Shown in pieces: positions 56,237 to 64,000 of a stretch of 64,000 nt of DNA. The notes beneath the pieces were generated by a model that searched no databases, was not told the origin of the DNA, and was given only the letters and a program-made list of their open reading frames with translations. The translations under genes were made by a program, and so were the position numbers. The stretch comes from Minisyncoccia bacterium. GTDB taxonomy: Bacteria > Patescibacteriota > Minisyncoccia > Phycocordibacterales > UBA9973. Where the stretch lies: NCBI GenBank assembly GCA_044229265.1, contig JBGATK010000001.1:35776-99775 (forward strand), in the 5' to 3' direction. Numbering within the stretch: position 1 is the stretch's first letter; each line of letters starts with the position of its first letter.

Positions 56237-59191
56237 ATGTCAAAAGATTCTATGCCTACAAAAGAAGAGCTCAAAAAAGAAAAAGCTGAAGCTTTAGAGA
56301 TTTTAAAGAATGCAACCGATGCCGCTAATGCTTTAACTGCAAAAAAAGAAAGTGCGAATAAATCTAAAGCAGAGACAAGCAACTCAGAGCTAGAAGATTT
56401 AAAGAAAATGGTATTAGAACAACAAGCTAGTCTTTCAGGCATGAAAGGTGAGCTCAGCGCACTAGGGGAAGAAAGGCAAAAACTCGAACAAGAAGTAATA
56501 CCGGTAGCAGAAATAGAAGAAACAAAACCTGAAATAACAGAAATAAAAGAAGAAATTACAACTCCAGAAGAAACTCCAGAAAATACAGAGGTAAAACAAG
56601 AGGAAATAAAAGCAATACCTGAACCAGAAAAAATTCCAGAAAATAAGTCAAAAACTAAAGCTGAAAAAAGAGCTGAAAACAGAAAAAAGAATGGCATAGA
56701 AGAAAAACCTAAAAAAGATAAGCAGAAAATAGATGAAACTCGCGAAAAAGTTTTAGCGAGCATGGAGCAAAAAGAAGAAGAAAAAGAAGAAATAAAAAAT
56801 TTAGATTTGGAAGACAAAAAAGATGCTGATAAGGATACTTTAGAACAAAAGGTAGAATATTTTAATCTAACTGGTAAAGATATAAATAGAATAGCTCAAA
56901 AAATAAAAGATAAAGAATATTTAGAAGCAGACGACCGTGCTTTGTATGAACAGAATCCACAACTATTCGAATCAGCAGTAAAAACAAAATGGCGCAGTGC
57001 TACAAGCTGGCTTGCTGGTGGATACCTTTGGTTGCAACAGAAATTTCTAACGACTCCAAAAACAGAAAAAATAGTAATTACTGATGAAGAAATTGCGGAA
57101 AATCATCCGGAAACTGTAGTAGATGAGGATAAAGAAACTAAAAAAGCAGAGTATGCTAAAAGGCTTCATGAAACTCTTAGTATTACAGACATGGGGGCGG
57201 CTTATGGTATTGAAAGAGCAAAAATGGCAACTGATGCTCCAGAAATACAAGAAGAAAATAAAAAACCAAAGAAAGAATCTAGCAAAGAAAGAGAGGCTCG
57301 CTTAACTCAAGAATTTATAGAGAAAGTTCAAAACCAAATCGATGCAAAAATGACAGGCGAGTGGAAAGGCGCGAGCGAAAATGAGCGAGCAGAAAAAGCT
57401 CGTGCTCTGTATGTTTCAGAAAAACAAATTTTTGATAAAGAAAAAATTGAACGCGCAGGTATATTTACAAAAAGCTTGCACGCCACAGAAAATTGGTGGA
57501 AGAATTTAGAAAATAAAAAAGGTGGTGCGTTTTGGAAAACTGCTATTAGCTCTTCGATGGTGGGCACAGGAATTGTTCTTGGTGGAATAGCTACTGGTAG
57601 CCTAGAAGCAAGCTTTGGAAAAATAGCTTGGCGTTTAGGCTCACGCATAGGCCTCGCTACTGGACTAAACTCGATGTTAGCTTCAAATAGAATGAAGACT
57701 ATAATTTCTGGTTTAAAGCCAAAAGACCAAGCAGATATCAAGAAAATGAAATATGTATTAGCCGGGACAGGAATTGCAGTTTCTGGAATTATGGGTGGTT
57801 GGGTAGTAGCAGGTATTGCTGCTGGTGGTTATGGAGTAAGGCAAATACTAAATAAAATAGACCAATACGGTGTAAAAAAAATAGCTGAACAAAAAATGGA
57901 AACAGAGAAAATTCTTAAATCAGCAGATTTTAAAGATGGTTATGATAGAAATAAAATGATAAAAAACATTTCTGTATTTAATGATGCTTACAATAAATTA
58001 GAAAAAACGATCAGACTTGAAAATAGATACAGTGCTGCAACAAAATATATTCTTTCTACTGGTATTGGTTTAGCCACACTTACAGCGATGACTCCATCAG
58101 TAGCTCATGCACAACATGACACTACTAGCGAAGTGCATAAAGACATGATTCAAGACAAAAATGGAAGCTGGATCGAGAAGCCAAAATTATCTGATGCACA
58201 CGGAACACAACCTACAGACCAAAACACAACAGCTCCGATAACTAATCCAGAAACAAAAACTCCAGAAATAGAATTTACAGAAGTAAAAGCTGGTGATGGA
58301 GTAACTCAAACCTTAAAACGACTTGTCGATGAAGACAAAGCTCCAAAATGGGTGCTCGATGAACTTGGTAAAAATCCAAAAGCTGATGATTATGCAAAAT
58401 TCGCAGAAAAATTCGGCATGCTTCACGCCAAAGATTTTGAAGATAGTATTCGTGTATCGAAGGGCGATAGTTTTGGTTTCGATGAAAAAGAAAATTTCAT
58501 CTGGAAACATGGTGACCAAAATTACACAGTAATAGAGATAGATAAAAATGGTGATGCCGAGGAAGGTGATTGGATGGATAAAATGCAAGATGAGAAGTTT
58601 ATTCACTCTCAAAGTAATCATATAAATAGTGTTGAAAATTCTAATCAAGATCTAAATGCAGAGAATCCAGAAACTGGAGATAAGTCTGTAGATACAGGTG
58701 GGGAAGGTAATCCAAGTGAAGAAAAAATTGATCCAAATAAAATAGTTGAACCAGAGCCTCTCGACAATAAAAATGCTCCAATTGAAAATACTCCAGAGAA
58801 TACTACAGGGCCAACTGTACCACCTGAAACAAATATAGAGCCTACAAATATGAATCCTTATAGCCTACCGCAAGAACAATTAGATTATGTAAATGATATT
58901 TATAAAAATTATTTAGAAAGAATGTTTCCAAATAATGAATCATTAAAATATTGGTCAGGTATTCAAAACAATAGCGCTCTTGATTTAATTCAAGTCAAAG
59001 CAGATGTTGTTGCTACAGAGAGTAGGGGATTATACCGTTTAGCTCAGACTATTTTCCACCAAACAGGATTAGAACCAAAGCATCCTACCCTAGCAAATCC
59101 ACTTGAAGAAAAAGAAACTATCAAAAATTACATTATTCGTGGTATGCAATATGCAGCTTCAAAAAATAACTTAAACCAAATAACATTATAA
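56237..59191 (+). CDS. Giant K/E-rich protein with central Gly-rich transmembrane segments
   Basis: 984 aa ORF; long charged low-complexity N-terminal half; transmembrane helices (GIVLGGIATGSL; GIAVSGIMGGWVVAGIAAGG); no family recognised. Confidence 0.55.
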   Translation: MSKDSMPTKEELKKEKAEALEILKNATDAANALTAKKESANKSKAETSNSELEDLKKMVLEQQASLSGMKGELSALGEERQKLEQEVIPVAEIEETKPEITEIKEEITTPEETPENTEVKQEEIKAIPEPEKIPENKSKTKAEKRAENRKKNGIEEKPKKDKQKIDETREKVLASMEQKEEEKEEIKNLDLEDKKDADKDTLEQKVEYFNLTGKDINRIAQKIKDKEYLEADDRALYEQNPQLFESAVKTKWRSATSWLAGGYLWLQQKFLTTPKTEKIVITDEEIAENHPETVVDEDKETKKAEYAKRLHETLSITDMGAAYGIERAKMATDAPEIQEENKKPKKESSKEREARLTQEFIEKVQNQIDAKMTGEWKGASENERAEKARALYVSEKQIFDKEKIERAGIFTKSLHATENWWKNLENKKGGAFWKTAISSSMVGTGIVLGGIATGSLEASFGKIAWRLGSRIGLATGLNSMLASNRMKTIISGLKPKDQADIKKMKYVLAGTGIAVSGIMGGWVVAGIAAGGYGVRQILNKIDQYGVKKIAEQKMETEKILKSADFKDGYDRNKMIKNISVFNDAYNKLEKTIRLENRYSAATKYILSTGIGLATLTAMTPSVAHAQHDTTSEVHKDMIQDKNGSWIEKPKLSDAHGTQPTDQNTTAPITNPETKTPEIEFTEVKAGDGVTQTLKRLVDEDKAPKWVLDELGKNPKADDYAKFAEKFGMLHAKDFEDSIRVSKGDSFGFDEKENFIWKHGDQNYTVIEIDKNGDAEEGDWMDKMQDEKFIHSQSNHINSVENSNQDLNAENPETGDKSVDTGGEGNPSEEKIDPNKIVEPEPLDNKNAPIENTPENTTGPTVPPETNIEPTNMNPYSLPQEQLDYVNDIYKNYLERMFPNNESLKYWSGIQNNSALDLIQVKADVVATESRGLYRLAQTIFHQTGLEPKHPTLANPLEEKETIKNYIIRGMQYAASKNNLNQITL

Positions 59192-59227
59192 TTTAACAAA
59201 ACTCTAAAAAGAGAGTAAAATAAATAT

Positions 59228-59539
59228 ATGCTCACAAATAAAAATGAAGTTCGTCAAAATATCATCGACCTGTTTGAGATAGACAAAATGCCAGAAGATA
59301 AACAAGAAGAGATGATAGCTAAAATAGGTGGAATTATTTTCCAATCAGTAATTATGCGAATATTGCCACTAATGCCCGAGGAAGATTTAGCAGAATACAA
59401 TAAAATGATGGAAGAAAATGCTAACCCTGAAAAAGTTTTTGATTTTCTTTTTGAAAAAGTTCCAAATTTCTTTGGTATTATAGCCGAAGAATCCGAGAAT
59501 TTCCGCAAAGAAGCTGGTGAAGTTTTAAGTAAAATATAA
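59228..59539 (+). CDS. Small hypothetical protein, translationally coupled to uvrD (TAAATG)
   Basis: 103 aa ORF. Confidence 0.45.
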   Translation: MLTNKNEVRQNIIDLFEIDKMPEDKQEEMIAKIGGIIFQSVIMRILPLMPEEDLAEYNKMMEENANPEKVFDFLFEKVPNFFGIIAEESENFRKEAGEVLSKI

Positions 59540-61579
59540 ATGCTACACTTAGAAGGATTAAATGAAAAACAAAAACAAGCAGCGCTCCACACAACTGGAG
59601 CGCTCTTAGTTATCGCTGGCGCAGGTGCTGGTAAAACCAAAACCATTACCCACAGAATTGTAAATTTAATTCATACTGGTGTGGCGCCCGAAAATATTTT
59701 AGCTGTCACATTTACTAACAAATCTGCTAAAGAAATGCGCGAGCGTATAATAAATGAAATAGCAAAAAATGCTAAAGGTCAAAATACTCATCCTTTTGTA
59801 TCTACATTTCACTCGCTCGGGGTTTATATCATAAAAGAATGGGCGAGCATGCTTTCTCTAACAAAACACTTCTCAATACTCGATGAAGATGATGCTATAA
59901 AAATAATAAAAAATATAATCAAAGAGCTCGGCCTCGATCCCAAAGAAAACGAACCGCGTAAAATAAAAGGTGCTATATCTCGTGAAAAAGGTAAGTTTGT
60001 AAATTTTGAAAATTATCGCGAGCGCGCTCAAAGCTATTTTGAAAAAACTGTAGGTGAAATTTGGGCATTATACGAAACACAAAAACACAAAGAAAATTCG
60101 CTCGATTTTGATGACCTATTATTAAAAAGCGTCGAACTTTTGCGTAAAAATCCTCATATATTAGAGCATTATCAAAACAAATGGAGTCATATTCATATCG
60201 ATGAATATCAAGATACAAATGAAGTGCAGTATTTGATGTCAAAAATGCTTTCCGCTAAACACAAAAATATTTGTGTAGTTGGCGACGCTGACCAAAATAT
60301 ATATTCTTGGCGCGGGGCAAATTTAAAAAATATTTTGAATTTTGAAAAAGATTATCCAGGTGCTACTGTAATATTTCTCGAACAAAATTATCGTTCAACA
60401 CAAAATATTTTACTCGCTGCTAATGAAGTAATAAAGAAAAATAAATTCCGTCCTGAGAAAAATTTATTTACGAAAAATATTGAAGGCGAGAAACTCGGCC
60501 TATACGAAGCACTCGACGAAGGCGATGAGGCGGATTTTGTGGCAACTAAAATCCTAGAGATTATAGACAGCGAAGGGAAAAGTGTTTTTGAGGGAACCCT
60601 TGGTAGGAGCGACGGCGACGGACAGAGAAAATCTTCAGCAGAAGATTTTCGTGGTGAGTCCAAAAATAATTTTCCCGTAGCTAGAGAAATTGCCGTACTA
60701 TATCGTGCCAATTTTCAATCTCGCGCGCTCGAAGAAGCGATGCTACGATACAATATCCCATATCAAGTTCTAGGAACAAAATTTTTCGAAAGAAAAGAAA
60801 TCAAAGACACGCTCGCATACCTGCGCTCTGCACTCAATCCGGCAAACCTCGCCGACATAAAACGCATTATAAATTTCCCAGCTCGTGGCATAGGTAAAAC
60901 TACTTTGGTAAAACTTTTTGCTGGGGAACAAGAAGGTTTGCCAATTAAAATGCAAATAAAAATAAAAAGTTTTTATGAATTACTAGAGGATATAAAAAAT
61001 AAAATTACAGAAATGAAGCCGAGTGAAGTCATACAATATGTAGTCAAAAAATCCGGCATAGAAAGAGAACTCAAAGAAGGTGGGGAAGAAGAACTAGAAA
61101 GACTCGAGAATATAAAAGAACTCGCAACACTAGCTATCAAATACGACAATTTAGAAAATGGTCTCGGTGTCGAAAAATTACTCGAGGACGCATCACTGGC
61201 TTCTGATCAAGACAGCTTAATAGACAGTGATAAAAACCAAAAAGAAAAAAATAAAAATGCCATAAAACTCATGACTGTGCACGCTTCAAAAGGCCTTGAA
61301 TTTGATTCTGTGTTTTTAGTAGGCCTCGAAGAAGGGCTTTTCCCTCATGAGCGTATGGGTGAGCGCATGAATGAAGAAGATGCTGAAGAAGAACGCAGGC
61401 TTTTTTATGTAGCACTCACTCGCGCTCGCCACAAACTTTACCTATCATTTGCAAACTTCCGCACAATATTCGGTTCTCGCCAAATTAATTCTCCATCATC
61501 ATTTCTATCTGACATACCAAATGATATAATCGAAGGTGAAAATAAAAGCGAAGGCAGAATAAAGACTATTTATATATAA
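59540..61579 (+). CDS. uvrD: ATP-dependent DNA helicase UvrD/PcrA
   Basis: 679 aa; motif I AGAGAGKTKTITHRI; motif II DEYQDTN; motif VI VALTRAR. Confidence 0.9.
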   Translation: MLHLEGLNEKQKQAALHTTGALLVIAGAGAGKTKTITHRIVNLIHTGVAPENILAVTFTNKSAKEMRERIINEIAKNAKGQNTHPFVSTFHSLGVYIIKEWASMLSLTKHFSILDEDDAIKIIKNIIKELGLDPKENEPRKIKGAISREKGKFVNFENYRERAQSYFEKTVGEIWALYETQKHKENSLDFDDLLLKSVELLRKNPHILEHYQNKWSHIHIDEYQDTNEVQYLMSKMLSAKHKNICVVGDADQNIYSWRGANLKNILNFEKDYPGATVIFLEQNYRSTQNILLAANEVIKKNKFRPEKNLFTKNIEGEKLGLYEALDEGDEADFVATKILEIIDSEGKSVFEGTLGRSDGDGQRKSSAEDFRGESKNNFPVAREIAVLYRANFQSRALEEAMLRYNIPYQVLGTKFFERKEIKDTLAYLRSALNPANLADIKRIINFPARGIGKTTLVKLFAGEQEGLPIKMQIKIKSFYELLEDIKNKITEMKPSEVIQYVVKKSGIERELKEGGEEELERLENIKELATLAIKYDNLENGLGVEKLLEDASLASDQDSLIDSDKNQKEKNKNAIKLMTVHASKGLEFDSVFLVGLEEGLFPHERMGERMNEEDAEEERRLFYVALTRARHKLYLSFANFRTIFGSRQINSPSSFLSDIPNDIIEGENKSEGRIKTIYI

Positions 61580-62355
61580 TGACTTACAAACATAAAGCAA
61601 AAAAGAGCTTAGGGCAGAATTTCCTTAAATCTGGGGCTATTTTGAATAAGATTATTGCCGGTGCAGAACTAAAAGAAAATGACATTATCTTAGAAATAGG
61701 TCCCGGAAAAGGTGCTTTAACTGAAAAACTACTAGAAAAAGTGGGAAAAGTGATAGCAGTCGAGAAAGACGATGCACTTTTTGCATTTTTGCAAGAAAAA
61801 TTTGCTGAAAACATAAAAAAAGGTAAATTAATCTTATTAAATCAAGACATTTTGGAATTTGAGATAAAAAGTTTATTTATTTTAAACTATAAAATAGTAG
61901 CAAATATACCTTATAACATTACAGGAGCAATTTTAAAGAAGTTTTTAACTAATAAATGCCAACCAGAGAGTATGACCTTGCTTGTGCAGAAAGAAGTTGC
62001 TCAGAGAATAGTGGCAAATGATAAAAAAGAGAGTCTTTTATCTATATCTGTAAAAGCTTATGGAGAGCCTAAAGTTCTTTTTAAGGTTCAAGCACGTTTT
62101 TTTAGCCCAGCACCAAAAGTTGATTCAGCAGTAATACACATAAAAGACATTTCTCGTGAACTTTTTGAAAAAAACAACATAAAAGAAGAAGATTTTTGGG
62201 AAGTTTTACGAGCCGGTTTTGCTCAAAAACGTAAAAAACTCAGTAATAATCTAAAAAAAGTAGTAAAAAAGGAAATTTTAGAAGAATACAAAGACAAAAG
62301 AGCAGAAGACCTCACCGTTCATGACTGGATTAATATTACAAAAGGGAATAATTAA
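61579..62355 (+). CDS. rsmA: 16S rRNA (adenine1518/1519-N6)-dimethyltransferase
   Basis: 258 aa; LGQNFL...ILEIGPGKGALT; ...NIPYNIT. Confidence 0.9.
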   Translation: MTYKHKAKKSLGQNFLKSGAILNKIIAGAELKENDIILEIGPGKGALTEKLLEKVGKVIAVEKDDALFAFLQEKFAENIKKGKLILLNQDILEFEIKSLFILNYKIVANIPYNITGAILKKFLTNKCQPESMTLLVQKEVAQRIVANDKKESLLSISVKAYGEPKVLFKVQARFFSPAPKVDSAVIHIKDISRELFEKNNIKEEDFWEVLRAGFAQKRKKLSNNLKKVVKKEILEEYKDKRAEDLTVHDWINITKGNN

Positions 62356-62399
62356 CTTTTTCACAGCTTGTTTTATAGAAAAAATGATATAATTATATT

Positions 62400-62786
62400 A
62401 TGCGAAAAATTTTTGCATATGTATTTATAATATCTTTAGGATTTTTGGCAATTTTTAATTTTACTTCTGCATCTAGCCAGTCTTTTGGTGGAACCGTAGC
62501 CGAAACAAAAGCTGATGCAATAAAAAGGGCAGAAGAAGCAGGATATAAATGCGAAGTTCGAGGAAAAACAACAAAAATCAAGCTAACTAGTGGAGCTTCT
62601 TTGGATTTTTACATTCCTAGTTCTGTAAAATCAGCGACAGGTAATGAATTATCAAAAGATCAACAATTTTTAGGAAATAGAAGTGGTGCTTATTCTACAA
62701 TAACATGTACTAAGAAAGATTCTGATGGTAAAAAAGTGTATAAACAAGTAAAATTAAGGAAGGTTAACTATTACGGTAATCAATAA
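62400..62786 (+). CDS. Small secreted hypothetical protein
   Basis: 128 aa; signal peptide MRKIFAYVFIISLGFLAIFNFTSA. Confidence 0.45.
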   Translation: MRKIFAYVFIISLGFLAIFNFTSASSQSFGGTVAETKADAIKRAEEAGYKCEVRGKTTKIKLTSGASLDFYIPSSVKSATGNELSKDQQFLGNRSGAYSTITCTKKDSDGKKVYKQVKLRKVNYYGNQ

Positions 62787-62796
62787 TTTCATAAAT

Positions 62797-63735
62797 ATGC
62801 ATAAGTATAAAAAATACCTACCTAGCAAAAAATTTTCAATAATGATGGGCTCTATAGTTTTTGTCTTACTCTTAACTTTTGGTTTATTTTATTATTTTTC
62901 AAAAAAACAAACTTTTAAAACAGAAAATTCTGATTTAAAAGTAACCAATGCTTTAACCGAGAGTAAAGACATCGTGGACCTTATAGGAAGTGATACAGAT
63001 AATGACGGTGTTTTAGATTGGGAAGAAGCATTGTGGGGTACTGACAAGAACAAAAGAGCTACATTTGAAGGTAAAAGCGACGCATCATATATTGCCGAAA
63101 AGAAAAAAGCACTAAATATTGAGACAGATTTAAATAATGAAAAAAATATCAGTGAGACAGATTTATTTGCTAGAGAATTTTTTACAGCATACACTGCTCT
63201 CAAAGCTTCTGGTCAAGTCGACAGTAATACTATAAATGAATTTTCCAGTGTTCTTGGAGAGAGAGTATCAAATCCAAATCTTGTAGATATATATACCACA
63301 GAAAATATAAAATACACCCTAGTCGATAGCGATACGCCACGAAATACTTATTATAATACTCTGAAAAAATACTTCGATCAGCAAAGTGCAAATGGCTTGG
63401 GTGATGAAATAAACATTATTTCAGGAGGTCTTTTAGAATACGCGGAAAATGGTTCAGAGGGTAAATATGAACAATTAAATATAATAGCTGATTCTTATAA
63501 AGAATTTGCAAAGAAAGTTATATCTACTCCTGTACCTGAAGGCTTAGCTACTATACATCTAAAGATAGCGAACTCTGCTTACAATACTGGCATAAGCGTT
63601 GGCAATATGACAAAAATTACTTCCGATCCGATTATAGGAATATCTGGCTTATCTCAGTATGAACAGTACAGCGAAGCATTGATTCAAGCGGTTGCGGATT
63701 TAGATACAGCGATAGATACCGGTGCTTCGGAATAA
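62797..63735 (+). CDS. Membrane-anchored hypothetical protein
   Basis: 312 aa; N-terminal transmembrane segment; no family recognised. Confidence 0.45.
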   Translation: MHKYKKYLPSKKFSIMMGSIVFVLLLTFGLFYYFSKKQTFKTENSDLKVTNALTESKDIVDLIGSDTDNDGVLDWEEALWGTDKNKRATFEGKSDASYIAEKKKALNIETDLNNEKNISETDLFAREFFTAYTALKASGQVDSNTINEFSSVLGERVSNPNLVDIYTTENIKYTLVDSDTPRNTYYNTLKKYFDQQSANGLGDEINIISGGLLEYAENGSEGKYEQLNIIADSYKEFAKKVISTPVPEGLATIHLKIANSAYNTGISVGNMTKITSDPIIGISGLSQYEQYSEALIQAVADLDTAIDTGASE

Positions 63736-63813
63736 TAATTAACAATTTATATTATTCATAATTCGAAACAGTGTTATAATATAATGGCAAGTTTTAAAAA
63801 CGAGATATATTAA

Positions 63814-64000
63814 ATGGAAAAAATTTTTAAAAAAATTATATCTTTGACTCTAATTTTGAGTTTTGTTTTTTCGCCATACCTACTGGCAATACAAAAAGTA
63901 AATGCGCAATCTTACAATGCAAATGGTTCTTATCAATACGGTAATTCATTTAGTAGTTCTAGCCTTGGAGTATCAGCGTATTTGACGGGCCTTGCTCCTG
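63814..64000 (+). CDS. Partial ORF (N-terminus only), probably a secreted protein
   Basis: Own translation MEKIFKKIISLTLILSFVFSPYLLAIQKVNAQ...; runs off the window end. Confidence 0.3.
   Translation, partial: MEKIFKKIISLTLILSFVFSPYLLAIQKVNAQSYNANGSYQYGNSFSSSSLGVSAYLTGLAP

Noticed and set aside
56209-56817. 202-aa S/F-rich ORF antisense to the 984-aa gene
   Set aside because: It is the reverse-strand reading of GAA/AAA-rich codons, giving TTC/TTT-rich (Phe/Ser) translation. A typical shadow of a K/E-rich gene.
1-64000. CRISPR arrays, rRNA genes, tmRNA, RNase P RNA, SRP RNA, and insertion sequences or transposases
   Set aside because: I scanned the intergenic regions for regular repeat-spacer periodicity and for the conserved tmRNA, RNase P and SRP cores and found nothing convincing. 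The only recombinase is a XerC/D-like housekeeping-type enzyme.

Overview
The window is an AT-rich (roughly one-third GC by eye), tightly packed bacterial chromosome segment with short or absent leaders and several overlapping genes. Confidently recognised housekeeping genes are secE, nusG, rplK, murB, pgk, tpiA, nusA, ppa, tig, clpP, rny, hup, lexA, comM, pnp, rpsO, xth, a CCA-adding enzyme, uvrD/pcrA and rsmA. Four tRNA genes are present: Gly-GCC, Arg-UCG, Gly-UCC and Pro-UGG. Additional genes are a YifB-like tyrosine recombinase (xerC/D-like), a YraN-family nuclease and a fatty-acid desaturase. A long minus-strand block from about 23.9 kb to 9.3 kb holds a type IV pilus module: a PilB ATPase, a PilC platform protein, three prepilin-type pseudopilins and a PilX-like protein. 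It is preceded by an operon of large secreted surface proteins. Two of those are paralogues sharing a ~325-bp near-identical tract, and one ends in a phage-tail-fibre-type intramolecular chaperone (peptidase S74-like) domain. At the left edge is an 1130-aa cysteine-rich lipoprotein with a dockerin-like segment and a C-terminus matching the T9SS (Por) sorting domain. Features not explained by ordinary annotation: (1) A family of ~26-28-bp GC-rich palindromic elements (6-bp inverted arms TCCTNC/GNAGGA or CCCTGC/GCAGGG around a ~14-nt core GAAGCTTTAGCGAA-like). Copies occur in intergenic regions, nested in one another, in tandem, and apparently in-frame inside two coding sequences (the CCA-adding enzyme and the XerC-like recombinase). 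(2) A rearrangement scar at 45.2-45.4 kb made of duplicated pieces of the xth 3' end and of the MscS/DUF1211 gene junction. It sits next to a PI3/4-kinase-like gene. (3) 33-bp direct repeats of the tig 3' end flanking a two-gene module. (4) A GC-richer NYN-domain gene plus a small ORF inserted between rpsO and pnp. (5) A Cheo-type LexA box upstream of a small ORF co-oriented with lexA. (6) Promoters with the same -35 and -10 hexamers (TTGAAA-N17-TAAGAT) abutting the tig and clpP start codons, which implies leaderless mRNAs. No CRISPR array, rRNA, integrase or transposase was seen. Lineage cannot be fixed from sequence alone: the T9SS-type C-terminal domain points to the FCB group, whereas the gene content looks like that of a reduced-genome organism.
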